Source: Candidatus Udaeobacter sp.
GTDB taxonomy: Bacteria > Verrucomicrobiota > Verrucomicrobiia > Chthoniobacterales > UBA10450
NCBI GenBank assembly: GCA_049802315.1
Contig: JBARMF010000042.1
Span: forward strand, 1-51,413
DNA length: 51,413 nt
Direction: 5' to 3'
The position numbers and the translations under genes were made by a program. Every line of letters starts with the position of its first letter. The stretch's first letter is position 1. The notes under the pieces are model-generated. The model saw only the letters and a list, made by a program, of their open reading frames with translations. It was not told the DNA's origin and ran no database searches. Below, in pieces: positions 35,850 to 45,920 of this stretch.

Positions 35850-38192
35850 TCAAAATTGGTAGCCCACGTTGAAGTTGAAATGGCCGCCGCCATTGTAGCC
35901 GTCACGCATGATCGGATATCCGTAATCGAGGCGTAGTGGCCCGATCGGCAAATCAAGCCGGAGGCCTACACCGATATCCGAGGCCATATGATTGAAGCCA
36001 AAAGACCACGCGCTGCTATTCACAAAACCTGTATCGTAAAAAACTGCGCCCCGCGCTTTTTCTATGATCGGGAAGGTCCATTCCAACGTCGCCCGCGCCA
36101 TTGATTGACCGCCAACCGGCTCGCCGTTTTCATCCTGTGGACCAACTTCGCGGAATGGAAAGCCACGGAGATTGTTCGAGCCTCCGAGGAAAAGCCGCTC
36201 ATAAATCGGCACCAGGTTGCCATTACCCCATTGGCTGACCGTCGAGATTTCGCCGTTGAGAAGCAGGATGGTATCCTTCGGCAAGCGGAAATACTGTGAC
36301 CCCTCCAGATCGAACGCGTAAATCTGGGTATCGCCGCCCAGAAAACCGCCGGCGATCATAGGCGAAAATGTGATGCGCTGCCCGCGGCGGGAGAGCAACG
36401 GATTGTCGCGCGAATCAAAGACGAGGCTCGCGAGGAGCTTGCTTTCAACGGACGATCCCTTTTGCGACTGAATGAATTCGGAGGCGGTCGGGTCCACGTT
36501 AAAGATGTCGATGTCCTGCAGCAGATATCCGAGGGTACCATACATGTATGCGTTGATTGGCTTGCGCAGCTCAAATGAGACTCCGTAATTGCGCTGGTCG
36601 TACACTGCGCTCAAGTAATTCGCCTCGGTGTAAAAAAGCTGGCCACCCAGCGAAAGACGTCGATCGAGAAAGTAAGGCTCGGTGATCGCTAGAACAAAAT
36701 CCTTTCGCTCTGTTCCATATTGAATACGTAACCGGAATTTTTGCCCCGCACCCGTGAACGACGGCCAGTTAAACAGGTCGAAATTGCCTTGGGTAAGTTC
36801 CGCAAATCCTACCAGTTTATCGACCGTACTGAAGCCACCTCCAAAACTGAGGGAACCAGTGCGTTTTTCCTGGACCAGAACTGTTAGATCTTTCCGGCCC
36901 GGTATATCTGTGTCTTCGGGATAAGTCTCGACCTTTGCAAAGTAACCCAGGTTCTCCAGACGCTTCTTCGTGGTGTCTACACGGACCGTGTTGAAAACAT
37001 CTCCCGGAGCAACGAGGACTTCACGGCGGATAACCTTGTCCTTCGTGCGCGTGTTCCCCTCAATGTTCACCCGATTCACAAACGAGCGGGGGCCTTCTTC
37101 GATAAGGTAGTGCACGTCTATGAGCGCCGGGCCGGCCGGCGTCCCTTCAGGTGTAATCACAAGATCGACGTAGCCCCCGCTGCCGTATGCGTCGGCAATA
37201 GCCTTGGCATCGTCGTGAAGCTGTTTCGGCGAGTAGACGCTGCCCTCTTTCATTTTTATGAAGGCGCGAACTCTTGCATCGGTGGTGTGCTCGTAACCGG
37301 TGATCGACAGTTTGCTGACGTGATATTGTGGACCTTCCGCAATCACGATCGTGATGATCATCGGGCCCTTTGCAGTGCGATCTTTGCGCACTTCCTTTAC
37401 TTCCACATCGATGAAACCGTGGTTTTGGTAGTACTCGCGGATCTTGTCCAGGTCCTGTTCCAACTGAACTTCATCAAGCCGACCGGTCTTATCCAAGAAA
37501 TAGATCAGCGTTCTTCCACGGGTTTTCATCTGTTTGCGTAATACCTTTTGGGTAATATGTGCGTTGCCCTCGAAACGGATCTGGCTTATCGCGCCTTTGA
37601 CGCCCTCGGTCACCGTGAAAACGGCGCGCGCCGTGCCGCGTTTCTCGTCGATTGGTTCCACGCGGAATTCGACGCTGACGTCGTTGTATCCCTTCCCTTG
37701 ATAAACTTCGATAATTTTCTGGCGCGCTTCCTCTAGTGCCTGCTCATTAACCGCCTGATTGAGTCTCACCTTCATCTCTTTGCGGAGTCTCTTCGGTTTG
37801 ACCCGTTCGGCGCCGTTGATTTCGATCTCGCGTAAGACCGAATTAGTTTGAACGGCAACGATCACCTTCACACCGTCGCCTTGAGACTGCGCAAATATTC
37901 GAACGTTTCGAATGTAACCAGTTCCGTACAGCGCCTTGATGTCCTCCTGCACGATCTCGTTTGAATAAATCTGCCCAACTTTTGTGCGCATCTGCGCCAG
38001 AATGCGTTCCTTGCTGATGGATGCAGGGCCCGTGTATTCCACGTCGATGGAGTGGATGACGGGAGGTCCCGGAGCCGATTGTGGCGCCTGTGGCGCCTGT
38101 GCCCGGACAGTTACGGCCGTCAAAAGCGCACAAAGGGAGGCGATCCAAATCGCAATCGGCGGGGGGCGCATCCATCCACAAAAACGTTGCAT
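35850..38192 (-). CDS. bamA: outer membrane protein assembly factor BamA
   Basis: 780 aa. A signal peptide and five POTRA-like repeats are followed by a C-terminal beta-barrel ending ...FNFNVGYQF with a terminal aromatic residue. Confidence 0.93.
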   Translation of the reverse strand: MQRFCGWMRPPPIAIWIASLCALLTAVTVRAQAPQAPQSAPGPPVIHSIDVEYTGPASISKERILAQMRTKVGQIYSNEIVQEDIKALYGTGYIRNVRIFAQSQGDGVKVIVAVQTNSVLREIEINGAERVKPKRLRKEMKVRLNQAVNEQALEEARQKIIEVYQGKGYNDVSVEFRVEPIDEKRGTARAVFTVTEGVKGAISQIRFEGNAHITQKVLRKQMKTRGRTLIYFLDKTGRLDEVQLEQDLDKIREYYQNHGFIDVEVKEVRKDRTAKGPMIITIVIAEGPQYHVSKLSITGYEHTTDARVRAFIKMKEGSVYSPKQLHDDAKAIADAYGSGGYVDLVITPEGTPAGPALIDVHYLIEEGPRSFVNRVNIEGNTRTKDKVIRREVLVAPGDVFNTVRVDTTKKRLENLGYFAKVETYPEDTDIPGRKDLTVLVQEKRTGSLSFGGGFSTVDKLVGFAELTQGNFDLFNWPSFTGAGQKFRLRIQYGTERKDFVLAITEPYFLDRRLSLGGQLFYTEANYLSAVYDQRNYGVSFELRKPINAYMYGTLGYLLQDIDIFNVDPTASEFIQSQKGSSVESKLLASLVFDSRDNPLLSRRGQRITFSPMIAGGFLGGDTQIYAFDLEGSQYFRLPKDTILLLNGEISTVSQWGNGNLVPIYERLFLGGSNNLRGFPFREVGPQDENGEPVGGQSMARATLEWTFPIIEKARGAVFYDTGFVNSSAWSFGFNHMASDIGVGLRLDLPIGPLRLDYGYPIMRDGYNGGGHFNFNVGYQF

Positions 38193-38331
38193 ATCCTAGA
38201 AGCGCAGCCCCACGCGACCCAAAGCGACGCAGGACAGGCGGCTATATCGGAAATAAGACCGCAATCGTCAAGGCGAGATTTTCCCTATCTACGAAAGAGA
38301 ACATGCAGATTTATCGCGTGTGCTTGTCTTC

Positions 38332-39693
38332 TCAATGAGGTTTTCTCGTTAATGTGATGGTTAGTCCCTGCACGGCCGCGATCCTGGCTTCTTCGCCTTT
38401 TTCTATAGGGGTATCGCTGATCGCGTTCCAGTATTCGCCTTCGACGAAGATCCTGCCGTTGCGCGAATCAATTGGAGTCAACGCCGTCACAGTCCTTCCG
38501 ATAAGAGTTTCTTTTCCCACCTTTACCGGCAACAGTTGCGCGCGCAGTCCCTTTCCGATGATGAAAATAAAGAACGCGGCGGTGACGAGTGTCGCAGGGA
38601 TGATGAAGCTCAACGACAAACGAAAAAGTGGATCGGCGCGATTAAAGAGCATGAGTGACCCGATCAGAAAGGCAATGATTCCGCCAACTGTCAGCACGCC
38701 GTGCGTTGGCGTGTAAAGATCAAATATGAAAAGCATCATTGCGAGCGCGATCAGGACGAGTCCAGCGACGTTGACCGGCAGAATCGCCGCGAGATAAAGC
38801 GCAAGGATCAACGCAATCGCTCCGACTACCCCGGGAAGAATTGCTCCGGGCGAACTTAGTTCACCGATGATCCCGTAGATCGCGATCAGCATCAGGATGA
38901 ACATGACTTCCGGTCGCCACAGTTTTTGAAACACGCGCTCTGCTGGCGACATTTTGATTTCGGTCAGTTGCGCGCCGGCGGTGTTGAGCGGTTTGCCGTC
39001 CACAGTGCGTCCGTTCAATTTTTGCAGCAGATCAGGCATATCGGTCGCGATGAAATCAATGACTTTCAATTCCAGCGCTTTCTGCGCAGTGATCGAAGCG
39101 CTCTCCTTTACAGCGGACTTGGCCCATTCAACGTTGCGCTGGCGCTTGCCCGCAATGGTCTCCATGTAGCTGACGGAAAAGTTTTCCAGCTTCTGCTTCA
39201 TGGTTTCGTCTGGTTTTTCTTCGCCGCCGCTGGGGAAACCGCCGATGGAAACCGGGTGCGCCGCGCCGATCGTAGTGGCCGGCGCCATTGCCGCGACATT
39301 GGCCGCCAGCGTGATGAAACAGCCTGCGCTGGTCGCGGTCGCACCGGTGGGCGCGACGTAGACCACAACGGGAACTGGAGATCCGAGGAAGCTTTGCACA
39401 ATTTTCTGCGTCGAATCGAGTAGACCGCCCGGCGTGTTGAGCTGAATCACCAGGCACTGCACATTTTGCGCCTTCGCTTCTTCGATGCTTCGGGAAATGT
39501 AACTCGCTGTCGCGGGGCCGATAGCGCCGTCGACATTGATAAAGCCGACTTTCTCCGCGGCGAAAGTTTCCGGCGCCGATGCGCTGGCGAGCCAGAGGAG
39601 CAGCGCAACAATGCAAATGGAGGGCCGAGCTCCGCGAGCCCGCGCATAACACTCGCAGCCTTTCTCTCGGCGTCGCAGAGCTCCGCCCTCCAT
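38332..39693 (-). CDS. NfeD-family membrane-bound ClpP-class serine protease
   Basis: 453 aa. An N-terminal ClpP-like domain (VIQLNTPGGLLDST, ATSAGCFI) is followed by multiple TM helices and a C-terminal OB-fold NfeD domain (GRIFVEGEYWNAIS). Confidence 0.85.
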   Translation of the reverse strand: MEGGALRRREKGCECYARARGARPSICIVALLLWLASASAPETFAAEKVGFINVDGAIGPATASYISRSIEEAKAQNVQCLVIQLNTPGGLLDSTQKIVQSFLGSPVPVVVYVAPTGATATSAGCFITLAANVAAMAPATTIGAAHPVSIGGFPSGGEEKPDETMKQKLENFSVSYMETIAGKRQRNVEWAKSAVKESASITAQKALELKVIDFIATDMPDLLQKLNGRTVDGKPLNTAGAQLTEIKMSPAERVFQKLWRPEVMFILMLIAIYGIIGELSSPGAILPGVVGAIALILALYLAAILPVNVAGLVLIALAMMLFIFDLYTPTHGVLTVGGIIAFLIGSLMLFNRADPLFRLSLSFIIPATLVTAAFFIFIIGKGLRAQLLPVKVGKETLIGRTVTALTPIDSRNGRIFVEGEYWNAISDTPIEKGEEARIAAVQGLTITLTRKPH

Positions 39694-39700
39694 GGTAAGC

Positions 39701-40186
39701 TCAAGCTCCTTTCATCGGCTGAAACTTGATCGCCAAGTCTCCTACCTTTGGCTTCACGATTTTCTCATAATCGCCGTAGCTCATTTTTATCGCGTCAGTG
39801 TGTGTGCCGGCTTCGAACACAATGTAATCCTGCTCGGCGAGATGTTTATCGACGAACGTCGGCAGACCATAAAGATTCCCAAACGGCGGCATCGCTCCGA
39901 TCGCCGAGTCTGGGAACAGTGATTTGAAGTCGTTTTCCTTACCAAGAGAAACAGGTTTTCCGATCGCTTTCTCGATTTTCTCCAGATCGATGTGGTGATC
40001 TGCTGGCAAAACGACGATCAAATGTTGATCGCCAGATTTCACCATCACCACTTTGGCCTGATGCCTGCCTTTCACGTGTTCTGCTTGCGCGATCCGTTGC
40101 GCCGTGACCGCCTCGGCGTGGTGCAGGATTTCGTACTGCACTTTGTTTTGATCTAAACAATCAATGAGTTGTTTCGGTATTTCCAT
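39701..40186 (-). CDS. YbaK/EbsC-type aminoacyl-tRNA deacylase domain protein
   Basis: I chose the ATG at 40186 (MEIPKQLIDCLDQNKVQYEILHH...). Has KVVMVKSGDQHLIVVLPADHHIDLEKI and IGAMPPFGNLYGL. Confidence 0.75.
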   Translation of the reverse strand: MEIPKQLIDCLDQNKVQYEILHHAEAVTAQRIAQAEHVKGRHQAKVVMVKSGDQHLIVVLPADHHIDLEKIEKAIGKPVSLGKENDFKSLFPDSAIGAMPPFGNLYGLPTFVDKHLAEQDYIVFEAGTHTDAIKMSYGDYEKIVKPKVGDLAIKFQPMKGA

Positions 40187-40246
40187 AGGGGCCTCCGGTG
40201 AAAAAGTATCACTTTCTTGAGCCATCTCTACTACTCGCAAGAGTCG

Positions 40247-41632
40247 CTACTCTGCGTCCTCGCGTCCGAGGATTAAGGTAACGACCAGACCCAGCAGACT
40301 TACCCCCGATACAATTCCAAGAACGCTCGCAACGCCGAATTTTTCTTTTAAGATTGGCAAAAGGAAAACGCCGAACGTTGCGCCGAGTTTCGCTATGGCC
40401 GCGGCGAATCCACCTGCTGTGGCGCGCAATTGGGTCGGGAACAGTATTGGGGCGAGCGCAAACGTGGTCGAGTTAGGACCAGCGTTCATCAGCAAGTTAA
40501 ACGTGATGAATCCGGCGAACACCAGCGGGACGTGCAAATTCGAGTTCGTTAGGCCGACGGCTGCCGCCAATATCAACATGCCCACGGCCATGCCTGCGAA
40601 ACCAATCGCCTGCATCCGGATCTGTCCGAATCGTGGAACTATCCAGATTCCAAGAAGGAAACCAATCAGCAAAAACAAATCGATAATGGCGCTACCCTCT
40701 GCGAGACCAAAGTCATGCGCGTTCAATCCACGCGTTCCTCTGGAGATTTCGATCGCTCCGAGAATTGTCGGGGTAAACAATCCAACGCCGTACGTAGCGA
40801 TATCCATCAGAAACCACGGAATAGTCACCAGCGCAGTGCGTGCCCGATAACGACGCGAAAATAAGATCGGCAGCCCACCGTCTACGTGCGGAACCGGAGC
40901 TGCGAGCTTCTCGTGATTGCCGGTAAGTTGCAACACTGCCTGTCGTTGCGCGGGAATGATCCGAATAAAAACTTGCGCTGCCTCCGTAAATTTACCGCGG
41001 GACATCAACCAATGCGGACTTTCTGGTGCCGGCAGACGTAAGACAAAAAAGAGCAGGGCAACTGCGGCTTCGGTCGCCAGAAATAGCCGCCAAGCCTCAG
41101 CGCTTCCGCTCCTGAGCAAGACCAATGTAATTCCTGCCGCGAGCAGCATGCCGACAGATTGACACGCAATCGTGGCCACCATCATTCGCGCACGACTGGC
41201 CTTGGGCAGAATTTCGGAGACGTAGCTGCTACTGACAGGGAAATCGATACCTACTCCGATCCCAACGAGCAGTTGTCCGATAAAAAGCATCGTCGGTCCA
41301 TTGGCCAGCGCACTGGTACAGGCGCCGGCGGTAATGATGATCATGTCGGCGAGCATCAATTTCTTTCGGCCAAGATGGTCCGCCATCGGGCCGCCAACTC
41401 CTGCTCCAATTACAGCACCAAATACAAGGCTTCCTCCAATGAGACCAACCACGCCGGGTTGAATGTGAAAATCAGCAATGATGATGGGCATCGCCACGCC
41501 GAGAACGAAAATGGCGTAGCCATCCAGCAACGTTCCTCCGGTCGAGAGCACCCAAAGCCATCGCTGAATCCTGTTCAGCGACGACTCATCCAGCAGGAGC
41601 GTCAGGCGTTGTGGTGGCGCGATCTCGGACAA
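40247..41632 (-). CDS. MFS transporter (sugar-porter/metabolite:H+ symporter-like)
   Basis: 461 aa with 12 TM segments. The GPMADHLGRKK loop motif lies between TM2 and TM3. Confidence 0.85.
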   Translation of the reverse strand: MSEIAPPQRLTLLLDESSLNRIQRWLWVLSTGGTLLDGYAIFVLGVAMPIIIADFHIQPGVVGLIGGSLVFGAVIGAGVGGPMADHLGRKKLMLADMIIITAGACTSALANGPTMLFIGQLLVGIGVGIDFPVSSSYVSEILPKASRARMMVATIACQSVGMLLAAGITLVLLRSGSAEAWRLFLATEAAVALLFFVLRLPAPESPHWLMSRGKFTEAAQVFIRIIPAQRQAVLQLTGNHEKLAAPVPHVDGGLPILFSRRYRARTALVTIPWFLMDIATYGVGLFTPTILGAIEISRGTRGLNAHDFGLAEGSAIIDLFLLIGFLLGIWIVPRFGQIRMQAIGFAGMAVGMLILAAAVGLTNSNLHVPLVFAGFITFNLLMNAGPNSTTFALAPILFPTQLRATAGGFAAAIAKLGATFGVFLLPILKEKFGVASVLGIVSGVSLLGLVVTLILGREDAE

Positions 41633-41634
41633 CG

Positions 41635-42498
41635 TTAGCGTTTCTTACTTCTGTCCGATTTCTCCTGATCGGCTGCCTGATGATATTTACGCCGGATCTC
41701 CGCAAGGTTCACGGTTGGCTCGGGAAATTGCATGTCCATTTCTTCCAGCGACCGGACAATAATTTGTGAAATAGCCAGGTCCCTAAACCATTTGTGGTTT
41801 GAAGGAATGATGAACCACGGAGCGTGTTCGGTGCTCGTCTTGTTAAGCACATCCTCGAACGCCTTGATGTAATCATCCCAATATTCGCGTTCCTTGTAAT
41901 CGGATTCACTGATCTTCCACTGACGCGCCGGGTCATCCAGTCGTTTCTCAAACCGGGCAAGCTGCTCCTCTTTTGAAATGTGCAGAAAAAATTTGAGGAG
42001 CGTCGTGTTGTTTTGCGTGGTGATCAGCTTTTCGAAATCATTGATTTCATCGTAACGCTTCGACCAGATTTTTTCCGGCACCAAGTCGTGAACGCGCGCC
42101 ACCAGCACATCTTCATAATGGGAGCGATTGAAAATTACGACTGAACCTTTGGCGGGCACATGCGGATGCACGCGCCAGAGAAAATCGTGTGCCAGTTCTT
42201 TCGGCGTCGGCTGCTTGAAACCAATCGAAACGCAGCCGGCCGGATTCATTCCAGTTAAGACGTGGCGGACTGTGCCGTCTTTGCCACCAGCATCGAGTCC
42301 CTGCAACACAACGAGAAGCGAATGCTTGTGCTCCGCATACATAAGATATTGCAGTTCGTCCATTTTCTGGCGGTTCTTCCCAATTTCAGGCAAAGCTGAC
42401 TTGTGTGATTCATGTTCGCCATGGTAGCCGGGGTCGAAGCGCTTTAACCGAATCCTGGATCCCGGCTTCACCACAAATTTTTTTCGATAATTGGGCAT
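41635..42498 (-). CDS. ppk2: polyphosphate kinase 2 family protein (polyphosphate:nucleotide phosphotransferase)
   Basis: The track ORF runs to 42579. I chose the ATG at 42498 (MPNYRKKFVVKPG...). LLVVLQGLDAGGKDGTV is the Walker A-like motif, followed by IFNRSHYEDVLV. Confidence 0.9.
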   Translation of the reverse strand: MPNYRKKFVVKPGSRIRLKRFDPGYHGEHESHKSALPEIGKNRQKMDELQYLMYAEHKHSLLVVLQGLDAGGKDGTVRHVLTGMNPAGCVSIGFKQPTPKELAHDFLWRVHPHVPAKGSVVIFNRSHYEDVLVARVHDLVPEKIWSKRYDEINDFEKLITTQNNTTLLKFFLHISKEEQLARFEKRLDDPARQWKISESDYKEREYWDDYIKAFEDVLNKTSTEHAPWFIIPSNHKWFRDLAISQIIVRSLEEMDMQFPEPTVNLAEIRRKYHQAADQEKSDRSKKR

Positions 42499-42512
42499 GA
42501 TCTTTTTTTGAT

Positions 42513-45035
42513 TTACCTCACGGCCTTTTGCGTGTCCGTCGATGTAACTCGTAGCGGCTCGAACAGCCATCGTTTCCATGAGTGAGCGGGATCCAGAATG
42601 CGATAAAGTCCAAGCTTTACGATGTCCTGCACTATCATCCAGGCGATGTTATAAGCCCACACCAACCCAATGATTCCCCAAGGCAGTGCCGGCACGAGCC
42701 AACCCTGACTGCACATGAATACCGCCGCGATTTGTGTTGCCACGATAGCGAAGAAAAGGCGCGAGCTGGGATAGGGCGGTTTCCAGAAGGGACCTCTCGC
42801 GCGCACTACAAAGAGCATGAGATGACCGCCAGCGACCAGTTGCAGAAACATCATTGTTTGTAGCTGCGGATGCTGCAGGTGATAAACCGTGTCGCCGAGA
42901 TAAAGCAAACCGAAGCTTTGAATAACGCCGAGTAATCCAAGCACTGACGAGATCACCAGGACTCTGTCCAATTCCCATCTCACCGGCTGCGGCGGCACAG
43001 TGGCGTTGTCGAAAGCAATTGTCATAATGGGCACGTCGTCCAGAAGCGCCAATGCGATTAGCATGATCGCGGTGAGCGGAAAAAAGTGATAGAAGATCGA
43101 GGCCAGCACCACAAACACCATGATGGCAATGGTCATGGCGATTCGGTACAGCACGTAGCTTGTCATTCGCTCGAAGATGCGCCTGGCCTCCGCGATGCCG
43201 TCGATGATCACGGATAAACCGGGCGCAATCAGGACCAATGCCGCTGCTGCGCGCGCAGCTTCGGTCGCACCAGAAACCGCGATGCCGACATCGGCTTGCT
43301 TAAGCGCGGGCGCATCGTTCACGCCATCGCCTGTCATACCAACGATGTGACCGTTCTGCTGGAGTATTTTTACGATCGCATATTTGTGTTCTGGAAAAAC
43401 CTCGGCGAAGCCATCGGCTTGGTCGATCTTCTCGGCCGCATCAAGCGGGATTTGGCCTTTCGTTACATCGCCCGGGAAAAGTTCCGTTGCCGGCTGGATG
43501 TTCGCACCCATGCCCAGCTCCAATGCAATTTGTCGTGCGATGGCGACGTTATCGCCTGTAACCATTTTGACTTTTACCCCATAAGCGCGAGCCCGCGCGA
43601 TAGTGCTCTTTGAATCGGGTCGCGGCGGATCGTTCAGTGGCAGAATTCCGAGGAAAACCCATTCATCATCGCTATGAGCGACAGCGACAGCAATCGTGCG
43701 GTAACCGTGACCGGCGAGATCGTTCACCGTCTGCTGTGCTTTGAACAAATCGGCGCCCGCAAGTTTCGTCAGCGTCAGGATTACCTGTGGCGCACCTTTG
43801 CTGACTCGAAACACTGTGCCTGACGGATCCTTGATCGTTGCTTCGGTGCGTTTGTGCACCGGATCAAAGGGAACGTAAGCTTCCTGTTGATACCGCTTGA
43901 GCAGCGATTGGTCTTTAAGTCCGGCCATTATGGCGAGATCGATCGGATCGTTATCCGCTGCGCGTGAAGCGAGCGATGCCATCAAAACTAACGTGTCCGG
44001 ATCGGTGCCCACCCACGGCTGTGCTTCGCCCAGAGTCAGCTTATTCTCCGTTAACGTTCCGGTCTTATCCGAACAGAGCACATCGACGCCTGCCAGTTCC
44101 TCGATCGCTTCCAATCGCGAGACGATCGCCTTGCGCTTCGCGAGCATGCGCGCGCCAAGGGCCATAGTCACCGAGAGCACCGCTGGCATGGCTACAGGCA
44201 CTGATGCTACAAGGAGAATCAGAACAATTTCGGCCAACCTTAACAAGACAGCCCGATCGTAATGGCCGCGCATATCGAAAAGACGAGCGGCCACCAGAAT
44301 CACCACCAGCGCCAGTGCGAGGATGATCAGAAAATTGCCGATCCGCATCACGGCTCGTTGGAAATGCGAAACATTTCCCGCGCTCGCCACAAGTTTCGCC
44401 GTACGTCCAAAAAACGTGTTCGCGCCGGTGGCAGTAACCACCGCTGTCATTTCGCCCTGTTTAACGATCGAACCGGAGTAAGCCTCTTCGCCCGATTTCT
44501 TGCTGACCGGCAACGATTCTCCCGTGAGCGCTGATTGATCGATGCTGATGTAATCGCCTGCGATGAGTGTGCAATCAGCGGGGACAACGTCGCCGAGATA
44601 CAATCGAACAATGTCTCCCGGCACCAGCGTTCCAGCGTCGATCTGCTGCCAGCTTCCGTTGCGCAGTGCACGGGCTTTTAGCGCCAGCGAACTCTTCAAC
44701 GCGTCCAGCGCGTTCGACGCTTCATGTTCCTCCCAAAACCCCAGCAGCGCATTGAACAACAACAGTGAGGTGATGATGGCAAAATCGCCCCAGTCACCGA
44801 CGATAAAAGCCATCAATGCCGCCGCCTCGATCATCCATGGAATGGGCCCCCAAAAATATGCGAGCAACGCGGTGAACGCGTTTTTCTGTTTTTCCACCAA
44901 TGCGTTTGGCCCGTACTTCTTCAACCGCGCCTGGACTTCGGCATCAGTTAAACCCGTCTTATCGTCGGCTCCGAGTTTCGCCAGTGTTTCGGCGATAGTA
45001 GGGGCAGCGGCCCCGTTGGCATCTGGTGTTTGCAT
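42513..45035 (-). CDS. P-type ATPase, P3A plasma-membrane H+-ATPase-like
   Basis: 840 aa. Has the CSDKTGTLT phosphorylation site, TGDGVNDAPALKQA, and an N-terminal half (LVPGDIVRLYLGDVVPADCTLIAGDYISIDQSALTGESLPVSK) that closely follows the plant/fungal AHA/PMA1 pattern. Confidence 0.88.
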   Translation of the reverse strand: MQTPDANGAAAPTIAETLAKLGADDKTGLTDAEVQARLKKYGPNALVEKQKNAFTALLAYFWGPIPWMIEAAALMAFIVGDWGDFAIITSLLLFNALLGFWEEHEASNALDALKSSLALKARALRNGSWQQIDAGTLVPGDIVRLYLGDVVPADCTLIAGDYISIDQSALTGESLPVSKKSGEEAYSGSIVKQGEMTAVVTATGANTFFGRTAKLVASAGNVSHFQRAVMRIGNFLIILALALVVILVAARLFDMRGHYDRAVLLRLAEIVLILLVASVPVAMPAVLSVTMALGARMLAKRKAIVSRLEAIEELAGVDVLCSDKTGTLTENKLTLGEAQPWVGTDPDTLVLMASLASRAADNDPIDLAIMAGLKDQSLLKRYQQEAYVPFDPVHKRTEATIKDPSGTVFRVSKGAPQVILTLTKLAGADLFKAQQTVNDLAGHGYRTIAVAVAHSDDEWVFLGILPLNDPPRPDSKSTIARARAYGVKVKMVTGDNVAIARQIALELGMGANIQPATELFPGDVTKGQIPLDAAEKIDQADGFAEVFPEHKYAIVKILQQNGHIVGMTGDGVNDAPALKQADVGIAVSGATEAARAAAALVLIAPGLSVIIDGIAEARRIFERMTSYVLYRIAMTIAIMVFVVLASIFYHFFPLTAIMLIALALLDDVPIMTIAFDNATVPPQPVRWELDRVLVISSVLGLLGVIQSFGLLYLGDTVYHLQHPQLQTMMFLQLVAGGHLMLFVVRARGPFWKPPYPSSRLFFAIVATQIAAVFMCSQGWLVPALPWGIIGLVWAYNIAWMIVQDIVKLGLYRILDPAHSWKRWLFEPLRVTSTDTQKAVR

Positions 45036-45182
45036 GAATAACTGCTTCTGCCGCGGTGATGGCGATCAGTGATAACTTTTGCCCTCTTCCAAGACGAGAA
45101 AAATTTCGGCCACAGTGTTTCTGCAATTGAACGGGGCATCGACGCTGCGTAGGTGTTTAGCGTTACGGTGCAACGGCCCCAT

Positions 45183-45351
45183 CAGGCCAAGGGCCTGAAC
45201 CATTTTAACCGAGGGCGGCGCCCTCGGAAACGTGTCCAACAAATGGGATCCGCCCTGAAGGGGCAAATCCGACGAAGTCAGCGCCAAAAATTGGATTTCC
45301 CTTACAGGCCGAATCTTATTCGAACATTCGAACCGAGGGCGTTGCCCTCGG
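45183..45351. repeat. cluster of GC-rich hairpins including two copies of aaccgagggcgNNgccctcgg
   Basis: Copies at 45207-45227 and 45331-45351 each have an 8-9 bp stem. Additional hairpins are caggcc-aag-ggcctg and aaatcc...ggattt. The cluster sits in the 480-nt gap upstream of the ATPase. Confidence 0.65.
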
Positions 45352-45516
45352 CTAAAATCGCCACCGCCTTTCAGGCGAGTTCAACTCAGAAGAGCTGTGC
45401 AGAAGCGCAGTCTAGAAAGCCTAAATAGGCACCATGATGCCGACCGGCTTGGCTGGCTGAATCTCATCCGCGAAGGGAAATAGACACCGCCACTGACCGC
45501 CTCTCGCGCGAACGAA

Positions 45517-45756
45517 TTGTGTATGCCCAGATGCGAAGTCTGTGGGAATGATTATGACAAGGCGTTTGAAATCGTCATGGACGGACAGCGCCACATCTTT
45601 GATAGCTTCGAGTGCGCAATCCACGCCCTCGCGCCTGTTTGCCCGCATTGCAATTGCCGTATCATGGGCCACGGCGTCGAAGCCGACGGACAAATCTTCT
45701 GTTGTGTCCACTGCGCACGCGCGTCTGGCAAAACGCAGTTGAAGGATCGCGCTTGA
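45517..45756 (+). CDS. small Cys-rich putative metal-binding protein
   Basis: 79 aa with 10 Cys arranged CxxxCxxC...C...CxxCxC...CCxxC. I recall close homologues annotated only as hypothetical or metallothionein-like. Adjacent to sodC. Confidence 0.55.
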   Translation: MCMPRCEVCGNDYDKAFEIVMDGQRHIFDSFECAIHALAPVCPHCNCRIMGHGVEADGQIFCCVHCARASGKTQLKDRA

Positions 45757-45827
45757 GGTGGGGCGCGTCACTCCGTGCGCGCCGTTTTACCTTCATGACC
45801 GGCGTGCAGAGGACTGCACGCCCTACC
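45757..45827. repeat. clamped double-hairpin element (ggtgggg...ccctacc), third member of the family seen in nagA
   Basis: It starts right after the stop codon. Hairpin 1 is ggcgcg-tcactccgtg-cgcgcc, followed by gtttt, so it may double as a terminator. Hairpin 2 is ggcgtgcag-agga-ctgcacgcc, a perfect 9-bp stem. The closing clamp is ctacc. Confidence 0.65.
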
Positions 45828-45920
45828 TGGCGTTTAACTTCCACCTTTGGTGTTATGGCGTGGTCATTGGAATATTGATGCGACTGGACGTGAAGACTCG
45901 TGCGAAATACAAATGATAAC

